Origin: Schizochytrium sp. TIO01 | Taxonomy: Eukaryota; Protista; Bigyra: Labyrinthulomycetes | Assembly: GCA_004764695.1 (NCBI GenBank) | Contig: SMSO01000036.1 | Location: 62,001 to 126,000 of the forward strand | Reading direction: 5' to 3' | Length of the DNA stretch: 64,000 bases | In this document: positions 32,747 to 46,100 of the stretch, one piece after another | How the letters are laid out: every line of letters starts with the position of its first letter | Position numbering within the stretch: position 1 is the first letter of the stretch | Notes under the pieces: model-generated | Told to the model about the DNA's origin: nothing | The model's database searches: none | The model's input: only the letters and a program-made list of their open reading frames with translations | Made by a program: the position numbers and the translations under genes

Positions 32747-34204
32747 CTAGAGTTTTTTCCTTTTACGCACAGGGTGCGAAGGCAAGTCCTTCATACCTTC
32801 GAGAACAGGCAATCTTTTCATTTTGGTTGGCCGAGCTTGGGCAGTTTTTGGTGCCGAGACAATTTTTGCACTAGGTTTCGGTTGAATCACCCTTGTCTCA
32901 GAAGAAGACGCCTGGGGAGTATTATTAGTTGCTACTGCTTTCCGTAATCTATCAACATACTCTGGGATGAAGCGATCATCAGACAAGGACTCCCAACAAT
33001 AAAGACACTCAATTAACCATTCAGCTGTATACACAAGGATGTTATCTCTTCGCAAAGCAAGCTCTACTGCTGCCGTTGCAGTCGGCCTCACGGTGACGAT
33101 GTGTGTTGTAGATTCATCAATCTCAGTTTGAAGAATGGCACCAGCATCCCGGCATTCATTTGCAAGTTCATGGCTTTCAAAGCCATCCAGAAAAATGCGC
33201 ATCCCGCCAAAAATTTCTCGGCGCACCAGACGAAGGCCTGGAAACAAATCTCCATTCATTGTTCCAAGTGACCTGTGCCAAGCTTCAACCACAATATCAC
33301 CAATACGGTCGAGGTACAGGAATGTTTTATCATCAAACTCCATGTTCGTGTATATTCTCGATGGGATGCCCTTAAGTGTCCACACGCGGCGATATGCGTC
33401 TTCGCGTTTGTACCCAGAGAACCATACATAGGGTTTAACGCGGATGATGCGCATCCGAGTTGCTTCGTCATTCAGCCCTCGCCACACATCAGTACGATCA
33501 TCCAGAACCAAGACTCGTTTAGGATCTACACCAACAAAGGCAGCTACTCCATCAATGGTTTTAACTGGGCGTTCTATTGAGCAATCCTGAGCCGCGATTA
33601 GGCGCTCCCCGAAAAGTGACCCTGTAGGGTCGAGAACACGTAGCAATTGTTTGGCATAAGTTGCTGTACCCTGCGTACAAGCAACTAGGGTGAAATTCAT
33701 GCGGCAAAGTTTTGTCAAGAGCGAGCGAGCACCAGGACGAACCTTGACCCAGTATTCACGAGGCTCATTTGGCCTGTGAAGACATCCATTTGCGTATATA
33801 AGCCACCAAAACAAAGGAAGCAATAATTCAAAACGAACGCCATTGATTAGTTTGCCTTTGTCCATCAACTATTGAAGTCAAATAGGTATGTATACATTGT
33901 TTCTTAATCGATACTTTTTGTGAAGTTTTCGAATAATTTTACAAATCAAATACGATATAGAGTTCTTTGGCCTGGTGGACACATGTTTCTGTACCGTCTT
34001 CTTTTTGAGCGTAACTTACGAGATATCAATACGAAAGACATCCATTTGGTCATACTCCGAGTCACGATTCTCGGAGAGTTCCGCATGGCTGGGTACATCA
34101 TTGGTTGCATGGACAAGGGTGTGGTCGAGGTCCACTGCAATCACCGGAAGCACCGAGGACTTCATCAGGGTTGTGGATTTCGGGTTGGGCTTCTTGCCAA
34201 CCAT
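32747..34204 (-). CDS. FCP1-like RNA Pol II CTD phosphatase with BRCT domain, two exons (34020-34204, 32747-33773), ~403 aa
   Basis: Exon 1 has the catalytic DLDHTLVHA (DxDxT). Intron 33774-34019 (GTAAGT...CACAG) splices in frame to YWVKVRPG, LDPTGSLFGERL and VLVLDDRTDVW, then BRCT TTHIV...WLIEC. Confidence 0.9.
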
Positions 34205-36516
34205 GGTCGTCGTTAGACAGGCGCCCACAAACGACGCAACTTCTTCTGCAGCAAGCTATGTGTTACAGTAGTCCTGTATCAAAGCGGAGCTGGCTGCGAG
34301 TGGTGCGCCCTGCAGCCAGCCTCCTGGCGAAGGGATCTGCCGTTCCTCTCGCTAATCGAAAGGATAGCGCGGCCTCATTCAAAAAAAGGGAAGCGACTTT
34401 TGCTAGTGAGTGCTCTCATCTCATCTCACGAAAAGGGAAAACAGGGTAAGATAGCATACTAATACACATTGATCATTCCTAGATAAAATACGCCGATGCC
34501 TGTCTTTTATTTTCGTCGTTTATTCCTCTTTCGTGTAGGCCATTTTAGGTAGTAGTAGCAACCTAGATTATTGTGAATATCATATCATTCTCTGGAATTG
34601 GCCTCCTTGGATTCGTGTGGGAGTAACTAGCTAAAGTACATGAAGTTGTGATGCTTGCAGGACGTAGACTCGGACCCCCTGCCATGCCACGAAACCTTGC
34701 ACATCGTTGACTTTTAGCTACTTAGGTAGGCACCTACCTACTGTTTACAGGATTTTGGGAGGGAGTAACTGCTTGCTTCGTAATTTGAGTACAAGGTGAC
34801 AGAGGATTATCGTGCAGTTTGCAAGATCGCCGATTTTCCGCGCCGACTGTTATGAATGGACAATACCAAAAATGTTATGGCCAAGGCCAAAGAGACTTCA
34901 AACGGGTTGTCTAGCTAGGTAGGTATCTCATGAAGAATATCTCCCTCACACGTTCCCAGCTCATGTAAGATCGCACTTCACTTACTTGACGAAACGACTT
35001 TGTTCTCCAACGAGCGTATTATGAGCTCCTCGTGGATCGCCTGGACCAGTCCTTACTTTGCTTGTTATCTTGGTTGTCGAAAAGAACATCACTTCTGGTA
35101 CTTTGCCTGATCGATGGTGCTGCACCTTTCGATGGCTCAGCGGCTTTGGTGGTTGTGTCCAGAGTCTCTTCAGTCCAGCTTGATTATGGCTCATGCATTA
35201 TGATCAACCACATAAGTTGCTGTGTACCTACTCGATACTTATTTCAAGTGTTGATCCCTCGTGTTAAAAGAAGAAGAAGAAGAAGGGAAAAGCTCCTTTT
35301 GGCCATGACTACTAGCAGCCTAGGTAGTAATAGATATGTAGCTTTGGTAATAATAGTCGACGTTTCATTCGTTTTCGGTGTTTTCTGAGTATACTGTAGG
35401 TACTTTGGCAACTCTTGTTAAAATCTCGCAAACTGCTGCCTGGATTTTTTGGCTAGTTCGGGCAATCATCGCTCTACGAAAAACCATCGAGTTAGTTGTA
35501 AAACACCTTCATGGACGATATCCCGGATCCTTTCCAGTTGAGCGCGTTCACCTTCGCTTCACACAGATTTGCACCTCTTTTTCGCAGTCTGCGCAAGAGT
35601 GTATCGCGATTCTGCAAATTGTACTAGAAGTTCTACCTAGTGGCTAGGTGTTCGTGTACCTACCATTAGCTAAACCTTCTCTCATGCCTTCCAGATGTAT
35701 GTGGAGCTTGAAGCTAATTTGGTGTTGACCAGCAGGCCAGTGGATTGTCACCCTCTCTCGACAGGTAGTTTTCACGCACTCGCCTTGAGCCATGCCTTTG
35801 TGCTGGATTACAAGATCACTCCAGGTTGCAACGAACTACCCACGATGGGAGATACCAACTCGTTTCTTCCGAGTCAACTTTTTTTTCACATTCATGATTT
35901 ATAATCAATAACCCCTATATTACTCCCTCTACTTAGATTAGCAGCTACCTACTGTGAATTGACTTTTTTGAGACTCGCGACAAGGAAGAGGAAGAGGAAG
36001 AAGGTGACAATAATTGCCGATACACAACATCTATGATTGTCGTCAAGTTGATCTTCTAATGCCTTCTTTGCGCGGGCAGGAGTTCAAGTATCAAGAATAA
36101 TACCAGGAGTTTTATTATTAGTTCTTTACCCTAAATAAAAAAGGATCTTGTTTTATAATTATTAAAAAAGAATGAGATGCACCTCGCTTTTTTCTCTCTT
36201 TTTTTTTGCATAATGATGCCCCTGGAGAGACGCAAAAACTCCACAGCTCGAAACCATGAAACCAGCAAACACCAAAACCAAGTGCAACCAACCACCCAGA
36301 ACAGGTGTTCGTAGAGAGAAGCAATCAGCCGCCAGAACAGGTTTCTGTGAAGAAGTCCTTCTGACTGTTGTGCTCGCTACTGATTAGAAAGGCTTGTTTT
36401 CTGCACTGTAGACGTAAACCCAGGCGGGCTGGCTTAGCTGTGTCAAGGGCTGTTCGGTCAAAAAGGGCCGAAGGTTAGGAAATCTAGCGAAGAAAAGAGG
36501 TGCGCTAAAGGACATC

Positions 36517-37446
36517 ATGGAGTACATGTCGAACCATGCAAACCTGATCCGGTTTTTCATGGCCGCGGCAGCGTTCAAGGCACTTCATATGTTTGTTTTC
36601 CGTAAGAGAAAGTCTGTCTCTGGCAAACTCACGCTCGTGACCGGAGCTGCTTCAGGCGTAGGACGCGGTCTTGCGCTTGAACTTGCTAAAAAGGGAGCCA
36701 AGCTTGTGCTATGGGACGTCCAAGCTGATCAGCTTGAGGTCACCAAGAATATGATCTTGAAAAAGTATCCTCATGCTCAGGTACAAACTGACTATGTAAA
36801 CCTGGCAAATCGGGATGATGTCAGCGCGGCCGCTTCTCGTGTGCAAGGAGATTTAGACATTCTTATCAACAACGCAGGACTTGTTTCAGGAAACGCTTAC
36901 TTCGTTGATGCTGATTTAGACCGCGTTGAGCTAACTATGCGAGTGAACCTCTTTGCCCACTTTTACACTGTGAAAGAATTCCTTCCCCGAATGATTGAGC
37001 GCAATAGTGGCCACATTGTGTCTATGGCATCTATTGCAGCGTTCTTAGGAGCCCCTGGTATGGTGGATTATGCCGCAAGCAAGGCTGGAGCACGTATGTT
37101 TGCGGAAGGTATTTCTGCGGAACTTCACAGCCTTAAATCGAACGTAAAGGTGTCTTGCATTTGCCCTTCGCATATTGACACTGCTCTCTTCAAGGGCTTC
37201 CATCACCCCATCAGCCCGACCATTTCCATCAAGGATGCAGTTGATGGGACAATCTACGCTATTGAGCACGAGCTTGAAATTGTATGTTTGCCTGATTGGC
37301 TTAAATACCTTGCTCTCATTGCATCGGGATTCACAAGAAGTTTTACTTACGAGATTGCTACAAAGCTTCCTATCCCTAACCCCATGCTTGGCCACAATGA
37401 TACCCATGCTTCCAAGGTAGTGAGTGCCATGAAGAGCAAACAGTAA
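36517..37446 (+). CDS. Short-chain dehydrogenase/reductase (RDH10/SDR16C-like)
   Basis: N-terminal hydrophobic anchor, LVTGAASGVG, LVLWD, NNAG and YAASK. Confidence 0.9.
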   Translation: MEYMSNHANLIRFFMAAAAFKALHMFVFRKRKSVSGKLTLVTGAASGVGRGLALELAKKGAKLVLWDVQADQLEVTKNMILKKYPHAQVQTDYVNLANRDDVSAAASRVQGDLDILINNAGLVSGNAYFVDADLDRVELTMRVNLFAHFYTVKEFLPRMIERNSGHIVSMASIAAFLGAPGMVDYAASKAGARMFAEGISAELHSLKSNVKVSCICPSHIDTALFKGFHHPISPTISIKDAVDGTIYAIEHELEIVCLPDWLKYLALIASGFTRSFTYEIATKLPIPNPMLGHNDTHASKVVSAMKSKQ

Positions 37447-38303
37447 TTAAAATTACTCTCGCCAGAGGGCCGTGTGGTTCCTTGATTCTTTGGCACCATG
37501 AAGTAGATAAAGTGATCCAAAAGTTTAAATTGTTTTTCATTTGATCCAAATCATACCACTGTGCGAGATACATACAGGTTTATCAAGATGATAAATAAGC
37601 CAATTTATACTCTTCTTAGCTGGAAATGCTATTGCTAGCTCATTTTTATCTCAAGGTAATAACGATTTCAGAAATCTTAACTCATCATTTACGTTTGGAA
37701 TTTTGCTCACTATTGCAGAATAGCTTGTGCTGTGAAGCGTGGAGAGGTAGTTTGACAAGGATGACGAACTCAGGAGAAAGCGAAAGAGGATGATATATGA
37801 GTTATTGGGGTTTCGGGTCTGCACACAGGCAAGGATGAATGTGTGGACAGGAAAGCTTGATTAGGTTAGGTTAGGTTAGGCAGTAAATGTATATTACTTC
37901 AATACTCACCAATCAAGGTACAAGCAAAGCGAAATTGCCCTCCCAAATGCATATTTATGGAACACATTAGCAGTGTAATCTTTGTTTTCTTCGGTACGGC
38001 TCAAGTATTTCCTCCAACCTCCAAAAGTCATTTGATTTATTTCTATAATAGAGCACAAACTTAGATCCTCTTCTTATCTCTCTTAAACTCCTATACTCAA
38101 GCTGGATATAGCAAACAGAGGTCCCGGCGCTATCATCGCGTGTGGGTCAAAGTTGACCCTAAATGCATTATATAAAACTCTACTAGTAGTCTTACCTCAA
38201 CGGTTCTTTAAGACCAAAAAATAAGAGCGCCAAACCCAATCCAAGTTTTTGCATTACTTTAACTTCGCGCGTACACAACGTTGCGTGGTGCTAATTAGTC
38301 CCC

Positions 38304-39392
38304 ATGCATTCCCCTAGTGTAGTACCGAGGTCCTTGACCAGCACGGACAATTCTGGCAGTATTGACGCGGTGTCTTTCGACAAAGCAAAGTCTCTCAATG
38401 TCAGCAGCTCCAACTCATCCATCCTGCGAGACGAGAACTCTGGCGCAAGCAACCACTGTATACAGGATGATGCCATGGAATGGCTGCAGGATCGTAAGGC
38501 CTTGTATCAGAATGCTGCGGGAGATGGAGAGCTCGCTGCTGTGCAAGAGCAAATGAAAGAGCCGGGCCATGACGGCTTTGTTTCTGCAACATATTTGGTA
38601 GACAGAATCAACACCAGCTTGCAAGCAGCAGGTGGTGGGTCTGTAGAGATTCGACGCTGCAATCGGGAGACAGGGGAGATTTTTGAAAGTATGGACGATC
38701 AAAAAGCACTCTCCCGGATGGATTTTCAGATGCGGGCAGGCCAATTGGGTCGCCTAATTCAAGTTCTGACACCCGAAGAAAAGCTTGAGTGGGCGATGGC
38801 ACGTAAAGAAGAAGGTAACAATCACTTTACTAAAATGGAGACCGATGAAGCTATTCAACGCTACTTGGATGCCACAGTAGGCCTGGACTTTGGTAGTACA
38901 CAGGAGCATGAGCAAAAGACACGTGAGCTTGTCCAAATTCCTGTTCTTACAAATCTTGCTGCGTGTTATGCGCGAAAGCGAGAGTGGGGTAAGGTTGTTC
39001 AGTTTTGTGATCAAGCACTTGAGCTTGATCCACATCATATCAAGGCGCTTGTTCGTCGCGGCCGGGCGCGCATTGAAATGGACAACCTTCGCGAAGCGAG
39101 GGAAGACCTGCTGCGAGCTCGCGAGCTGGTACCAAGCTGCGCACAAGCAGAGATGCAGCTCTTGCGGAAAGCCATGGCAGCAGAGAAACAAAATCAAGAG
39201 CTAAGACGGCAGCTTGCTCAACGAATGTTATCTCGTCCTGTAAACGAAAGCTGTGACGCAGATCAAACACCAGAGCAGGCTCCTGCACTTGAGACTGGTA
39301 AGGATGATACTCGTTCTTGCTGGGAAGTTCTACAACTTAGAATACGATGTTTTCTCATGTTTCGTGTGGATCCTCCTGTGAAGTTTGAGTAA
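38304..39392 (+). CDS. TPR-repeat protein (FKBP/Cyp40-type three-TPR module)
   Basis: KEEGNNHF, LTNLAACY and ALELDPHHIKALVRRGRA. Confidence 0.85.
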   Translation: MHSPSVVPRSLTSTDNSGSIDAVSFDKAKSLNVSSSNSSILRDENSGASNHCIQDDAMEWLQDRKALYQNAAGDGELAAVQEQMKEPGHDGFVSATYLVDRINTSLQAAGGGSVEIRRCNRETGEIFESMDDQKALSRMDFQMRAGQLGRLIQVLTPEEKLEWAMARKEEGNNHFTKMETDEAIQRYLDATVGLDFGSTQEHEQKTRELVQIPVLTNLAACYARKREWGKVVQFCDQALELDPHHIKALVRRGRARIEMDNLREAREDLLRARELVPSCAQAEMQLLRKAMAAEKQNQELRRQLAQRMLSRPVNESCDADQTPEQAPALETGKDDTRSCWEVLQLRIRCFLMFRVDPPVKFE

Positions 39393-42100
39393 TCTCTTTA
39401 TTATAATGGAGCATCTCAGCTATGATAAAGGTGTTTTGAGTCGGAACATCAATCAAGATGATTGGACAAGGCCAATCGTTAGTAAGTCCTGCGTACTAGC
39501 CTTTCTTCCTTTCTTGTGTAAAATATCCATGAGAGCTAGACATTATAAAAAGATATATATTGATTTTAACCAAAATCAGATTCATTTGCAGTTTTTGTTT
39601 TGTTTTGTTTTTTTGCAGTTGGGAGACATGGTCGTCACTTGATAGTAAGATCATGAAAGACAGCTACCTCGCTTATCACACAAATTTACAAGTTCTATTT
39701 ACAAGAGTATTTGCGCGTGATAGATGGATCTGCAAAGCTCAAAAGGTCGTACTTGGGAGTTTCAATTTATGAATAATATCCTATAAATAGATCAGAACCA
39801 TTTTTGCTCACCAGAGGCGTCTCCTATCAATCCACCCTCGTGAGTAATTCTATTACAAGTGTTTTCGAATGTCTTGAATTCGTGCAGAAGACTATCGAGC
39901 AAGGTAGTGTGGGTATTATGATTTGTTTGATTCACTTTCAAGACGCAAATTTACATTTTAAAGTTTATAAAACACAGTGGAGCAACTATCTATCATTGTA
40001 GGCAATTGAAAGATGATATAGAAACAACATTTTTTTTTCTTGTCCCAGTAGTATTTGCATCTTCGAACATCAACCAAGAGCCTTTTGGTTTGAGAACATA
40101 ATTTCAAGAATTGAGTTGTAAACACTGACCTACAGCTAAACTTAATATCTCGAAGCAGAAGTGGTATGTTTGATAATAGTGCCACAGAGTATATTGTTGG
40201 TTTTGTGTATCTCAACCGAATCATTTTAAATTCTTTTGAAGAATAAAAGCAAAAACCAAAGGTAATCCTCACAACTACTACTTTAAAAAGGCTATGAAAT
40301 AGTAGATAACGAGTAAATTACGAAACACTTTCATTGAATGATCAAGAGCAACAACAAAACAAGAGCACTAGATTAAGGCTAAACATTGAAGCGAGGCGGA
40401 AACTTGTACAGTAAGTAGTATGCAGAGGACTAGGGAGAAAAATCAGATTGAACAAATCATTCTTTTATAAAATATATAAATGTTTTCACATAAAAATCTG
40501 CCAAAAGAAATAAATCCCACTTTCTCAATATTACAATATTATGACCAGAAGATATGTGTAAGGTAATCAACTCAAGTTCCCAGATAGACGACCATTGTGG
40601 CTAACATTGGTTGAGTCTTGCGTGTTACTGGGTAGGTAGCACTTCCATGGATCTCAAGAATTGTATCGCAACCTTCCTGGTAGAATGTGATCAACATAGG
40701 ACATAAAAATAATGGAAGCCCTCCTGCTTCGCTGCCTGAATATGAGTACCATCTGCTTTTTCACTATGGTAATTTATCTAGAATTCGAAGGTCGCTCCTA
40801 TTTGATTTACCGATAGAACGAATGGCTAGTATGATTTCATTTCATTGGCGTATGATTGGAGAAGCAGAAGCAGAGAATGCACACGTCTTGTTTCGCCAAG
40901 TGTGTTTTGTTCGGCTTCAGAATATTGCCGTGACTGACTGACTGACTGACAGAGGGGTGTGGCGTGATGATGGTTGTTCCTACTTGAGACACGGCCGTGG
41001 CTACGTGTTGAATTTAGAAAGATTTCTAGAAATTATACAATAGTTCTTTAGAACGAATTTGAACTATTTGAGGGTGGTGAACTATCCCCTGGTTAAGGAT
41101 TTGCATTTTCAGGTTTCGCGAGGTTTGGGAGTTGCTGTGCCAAGACTACTAAACTTGAAAATGACGCGAAGCTAGAGAGGCGCACACTGTCTCACCATGT
41201 TAGTACTTCTGGTGGTATCGCCGTCTTGGATGGTTCACGGCGGCACAGGTAGAAAATAGCTAACTTCCGATGGCTTTTGGTACCCTGGTGCGGACGACTT
41301 TGTCAAGATGGGAAGGATACCTTCTTAGCGGGATGCAGAGTCGCTCCTTGCAGGTTGGGCCCACTAGTGACTGGTTGGTGGGTAGAGTCTCAGTTACATG
41401 CTAACGAAGCATGAATACACGAATGAGAAATCTATGTGGTTTTTATAACATTATAAAACATTTTATTATAAGAGTAAAGAGGAAGCCTTTCCTCAAAGAT
41501 CGTTTCTTATCCTTCTTCCATTTTTTTTAATCTTAAAAAACAAAAAAACTTTTTTTTTTTCATAATACTAATCAAATTAACCAAAAGAAAAAGGATGGGC
41601 TTTTAAATGAAAAAATATATAGATATTAAAAGTTATACACAATAAATTATTATAAGTATATATATACATTAAAAAAATCCTTATAAAAAATAAAAAAATA
41701 AAAAAATTCCTTATAAAAAATTAAAAGGTCTTGCAACAAAAGGAAATGAGGGGAGTCTCATCCCAAAGATGGGTTGTCATCAAAGTCACCAAGACGATCT
41801 AGGTACCTTCATTGGCTGGTGTATAATGAACATCTCGCAGCCGTAAAGGTTTGAGCAATTTCAATAGCCGAATTGCAATTTATACCAGGCATTCAAATTG
41901 TTCTTCTTAACAACCCGTGGTTGAGATTGTCCAAGGCAAATTTTCCATTTTAGGCTACAAGATGACATGATGCCCGCGCGAGAGAATCTCCCGAGCAAGT
42001 CTGAACTCTTTCATGCCCAGCCTCTTTAAGCTCTGTTTGTATTATGCATGCAGTCAGGCATATGTGAGGTGTAATTGAGACCTTTATTAAATCGAGTCTC

Positions 42101-43114
42101 TTATTTAGACCCCTTGTGGTCAAGGGTGAAGCCAAGATCGCCAAACAGATGACCACCGCCATCTACAACAATGATAGATCCGTTCGTGTAGGCTCCAGCA
42201 GGAGAACATAGATACAGGAGGGTTCCTGCCATGTCAGAGGTGCGTCCCACACGGCCAAGAGGGTTGCTTGCAGCCGAGGCCTCGCTACCAGATTCTGATG
42301 CGAGCATAAACTTAGTCATCTGACTGGGAAAGACACCAGGGCACACACAGTTTACGGTGGTCTTGTACGGTACCATAGCTCTTGAGAGCGCTTTAGTGAG
42401 GTGCACTACAGCGCCCTTGGATGTAGTGTAAGCAAATGCAGCAGTTGGCCCAGCAGTCTGGGTAGCCCGCACACCGTCCACACTGGCGATGTTGACTACG
42501 CGCGCCGGATCCCCAGGCTGACCAGCATTGCCGAGCAGAGGAGCACATTTTTGAGTGAGGTTAAACAGGTGACGCACATTGAGATCCATGACCTTTTGCC
42601 ATGCCTCATCAGGATACTTCTCAAAGGGAGCACCCCAAGTGGCTCCAGCGTTGTTCACAAGAACATGAAGTTTGGTTTCAAGTTCGGCAAGGCGCTTGGC
42701 CACGGCTTCGACTCCCTCAAGGCTAGATAAATCTCCGGGGAGGGATACGGCTGAGCCGCCGGAGTTGAACTCTTTGGCTTCCTCGTTTAGTTCCTTGGCT
42801 ACTTGATCACAAAGGTCCGCCTTACGAGAGCAAATGTAGACCTTTGCGCCATTAGCCACAAATCCGCTCGAGATCATGCGTCCAATACCCTTGCTTCCTC
42901 CTGTCACCAGTGCTACCTTGCCACGCATGGAGAAAAGGTTGGCGGCATCGAGCTTGACAGCGTCTCGGCCCTTGTCTTGAAAGACATTCCCTGCAGTCTC
43001 GGCAATCTGCACATGCTGCTGCGTAAGCTCTCCAGACTTCGTTCCCTCGCAGGCCTCAAGTTCCTGGCCCTGCTGGGCCGAGAGGTGCTGGGTGAGTTTA
43101 GAGACGCGGTGCAT
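42101..43114 (-). CDS. SDR (RhlG/3-oxoacyl-reductase-like) with an N-terminal PTS2
   Basis: LVTGGSKGIG, NNAGATWGAP, YTTSK, PGVFPS and PLGRVG. RVSKLTQHL fits the PTS2 consensus. Confidence 0.9.
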   Translation of the reverse strand: MHRVSKLTQHLSAQQGQELEACEGTKSGELTQQHVQIAETAGNVFQDKGRDAVKLDAANLFSMRGKVALVTGGSKGIGRMISSGFVANGAKVYICSRKADLCDQVAKELNEEAKEFNSGGSAVSLPGDLSSLEGVEAVAKRLAELETKLHVLVNNAGATWGAPFEKYPDEAWQKVMDLNVRHLFNLTQKCAPLLGNAGQPGDPARVVNIASVDGVRATQTAGPTAAFAYTTSKGAVVHLTKALSRAMVPYKTTVNCVCPGVFPSQMTKFMLASESGSEASAASNPLGRVGRTSDMAGTLLYLCSPAGAYTNGSIIVVDGGGHLFGDLGFTLDHKGSK

Positions 43115-46100
43115 CTTTGGCTGTTACCTGCGTCGAGCTAGCAGAAGAGTTGTTGCTAGGAGGATTCGGGTTATCGTAAGAACTTGGCACTATTGCAGTC
43201 TACTGGTAGTTTAATTTGATTTGTTTTTATTTTGTTCCATATAGTTTGTTTCCCACTTTTACATGAGTTGTTAGTCACTATTTAGCCTCCTTTTTTAATT
43301 TCAAAAATTAAAAAAACAAAAAACAAAAAAGTGAGTATAAATAAGGCTCTCTTCTTTTCAGGCAGGAAAGGATCTTGAAAGAAGAGACCGTACTACTGAG
43401 GTTTCTCTCATGGAAGAGGGAAGTGACTAACGGGGAGCAACGGCGCTGCAAAAATGCAGCAAGGATGTGGGCTATTTCATGCTGCTCATTTCGAGTAAGC
43501 ACGAATCCAAAGACGCGTTTCTCCTGCACTAATTTGCTTCATCTCACTCGCAAATGAATTTATTCCAATGAATCCAACTAACCCTCTTGCCGCACCTCCA
43601 AATATGATGGGCATGCATATCACAAATAGACTTACATCTCTTCTTCTAATCGAAACGTGCCCGTGTGTTGCTGTTCCGCGGTGGTTCCAAAAAAGTTAGT
43701 TTCTTTTACTTCGTCTGCAAATTGTATTTTGTGTTGCTTCGGCGTAATTTCCATTTCTCTCTCCACTCTCGATGTACATCAATCTCCGCCCTTGTTTCAC
43801 TTTCCAACCAAGAACTGCACCCATTGATTTGTTTCGCCGTGGCTCCTCACTCATTGACCTCGACATACTCTTATATCTCGCTGCCGAAAAACAATACCAC
43901 CTGAAATCGGAAGCATCCACCGTATCCTTTGTACTCTTATCAGGGCAAAGCGAGTGCGATAAATGTTTGCGCCGGCGTGACAAAAGATCGCAGTTATCTG
44001 GCATCTGCAGAACACTACGCAGCACTTGCGATATCAAGTGCGCCCTCTATGAACGAGAAGCTGCATATAGATACCACTGAGAGACCAGATGTAAAATCCT
44101 CGGCCTGGAAAAGACAAGAAATCAATCGTTGTTCGATGACCTTCAGATGAAGGCATGAATCCAGTAGCTCGTTTTCACGCGCTAGACAAAAAGCAGTGCT
44201 TCTGCGCTCGGCGAGTTCGGCTGTCGAGAGCGAGGGAGACCTTTCGAATGTGGGCCTAGACCAGACTTTACGATCAATACTAAAGGTCAAGCCCCCAACA
44301 AAGACCAAACAACAAGCGTCTCGAGCGTCGAGACCATTCATCGTAGCAGATATCAGCGCAGCCTGTGAGCGCTATTCCCTCGCTCGGTCTCACAGATCAG
44401 CTTCATTTCCCAATTTACCCAAGAAGCGCCAAGCACCGACTTGGTCTCTCTCATTCTCTTCCTGCGACGAAAAAGACACTCTCGGCGTGGTCTCTTGGAA
44501 GCCCATTCTCCCCATATTCTCTTTCTTTTACAGCACTTGCAAACAAACAATTCTATTCACGTGCTTTTCTTTTTCTTCTTCTCTTTCGTTTACTTTGCTA
44601 AAAGTTATTTTAAAAGAAAAAGAAAACAAGAGAAAATAAGCGGCTTTGCTCTGCCTTTATCTAATCGGGGCCTAGAAAGTACTATATGCTTGTGCCTTTC
44701 CAACCAAAGTGAAAGATCTCCTTCGAACCTCCTTCAATCCCCATCCATCCCCCTTAAACTACTCTCCAGAATTAAGGTCGTTTCGTACTTTCTTTTCAAG
44801 TTCTTCTTTCGACGTTCCAGGTGTTCCATATAGACCAGCACGGACAAAAATCTAAGCAAGCCAGAAGATGAGCTTGCGCCAGGCTTTGGATCAAACTCAG
44901 GCTTTGCGCAAAGGATCCCTTCGCTGCTGCGCAAGGCTCACTGGGCCTCTCTGCGTCTCCCTGGCGCACCGTCACTCAGGACCAAGCCTCCACCGGTCAG
45001 TTCAACAGTTCCTGCGCCGGGAAGCAGCGGCAGCCAACTCCGGTTCGCTCAATATTCTTTCTCTCCTTCTTTCCCGCTTTGGCCCAGTTCTTACTATCCA
45101 CAGATAACCAACTCCTACATTAAGGGGTCCTAGCGATTACTTACTCTGCGGCGTACTGGCCCTATTTCAGGTCTGCCGTGCAGCTCTCTCTAGTCTACTC
45201 CTCCTTGGAGGCGGCTTGTAGGGCTTTGTATAACTTAAACAGTAGTATACGCTCTCTAGCGAGTCCTTCTCAGAAGTCCTTCCGGCCTTCCAAGGAGGCG
45301 GACGGGATATGGAGGGGGCAGGGAAGGAGTGTTAGAGGTTCTATTGCAATTCCCTAGGCACCTGAATGAGGAGGTTTGGGGCTGGAGGAGTGGGGAGTTG
45401 CTACATAACCCACTTAGAAAGGGGGTAGAGAGGGAACTTTTGCATCATTTCACCACCGAATCATGTTGGCATTGTTCTAGGGTGTTGAAAAAAACGAGGC
45501 TGAAAGACATCTAGACTACTCCCAGGATGCCGGCCACCCTGCATAAGAAGCGCACACCCTTGAGAAGATAGAAGCGATCAGAAACAGCTTTAGTAGATAG
45601 GTACCTACCTACTTAGCTAGTAATCAATCGCCACAAAGATGATGGATTTACGTACAGATAAAGGAGAAGGAGGACCTGCTGCGGAAATGCACCTGGGAAG
45701 TCCCACGGCCAATTCTAGGCTTAATGCAGATTACTGGCTGGTTTCTAAAGGATGAGGAGCATCAAATAAAGCATCTTATACTATTTACGTGGTTTATTTT
45801 GGAGGGATAGTATCTTGTGGGATCATCATCAGCATCATTATCATAATGACGCTGTGTATCTCCAATCCCGTACATAATACAGACTCTAGCAGGTACTACA
45901 GTGTGCTTCCAGTTTCCCTGGAAACAACGAAGGCGAACAATGAGATTGTAGTACCTATACAACTTTCAAGAAGAATGGAATTGATAGTCTCATTGATATG
46001 AGATGACGCAGGGTTAGTTCGGGGGTTCTCTACCCACAAAGAATACACGCCTTGACAAATAGAAAATAGTGGCTGTGATTGAGCTAAACCAGGAGGAAGT

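Noticed and set aside
33774-33868. N-terminus MMDKGKLING... of the 373-aa ORF
   Set aside because: It lies inside the intron. The true N-terminus with the DxDxT motif is in the upstream exon.
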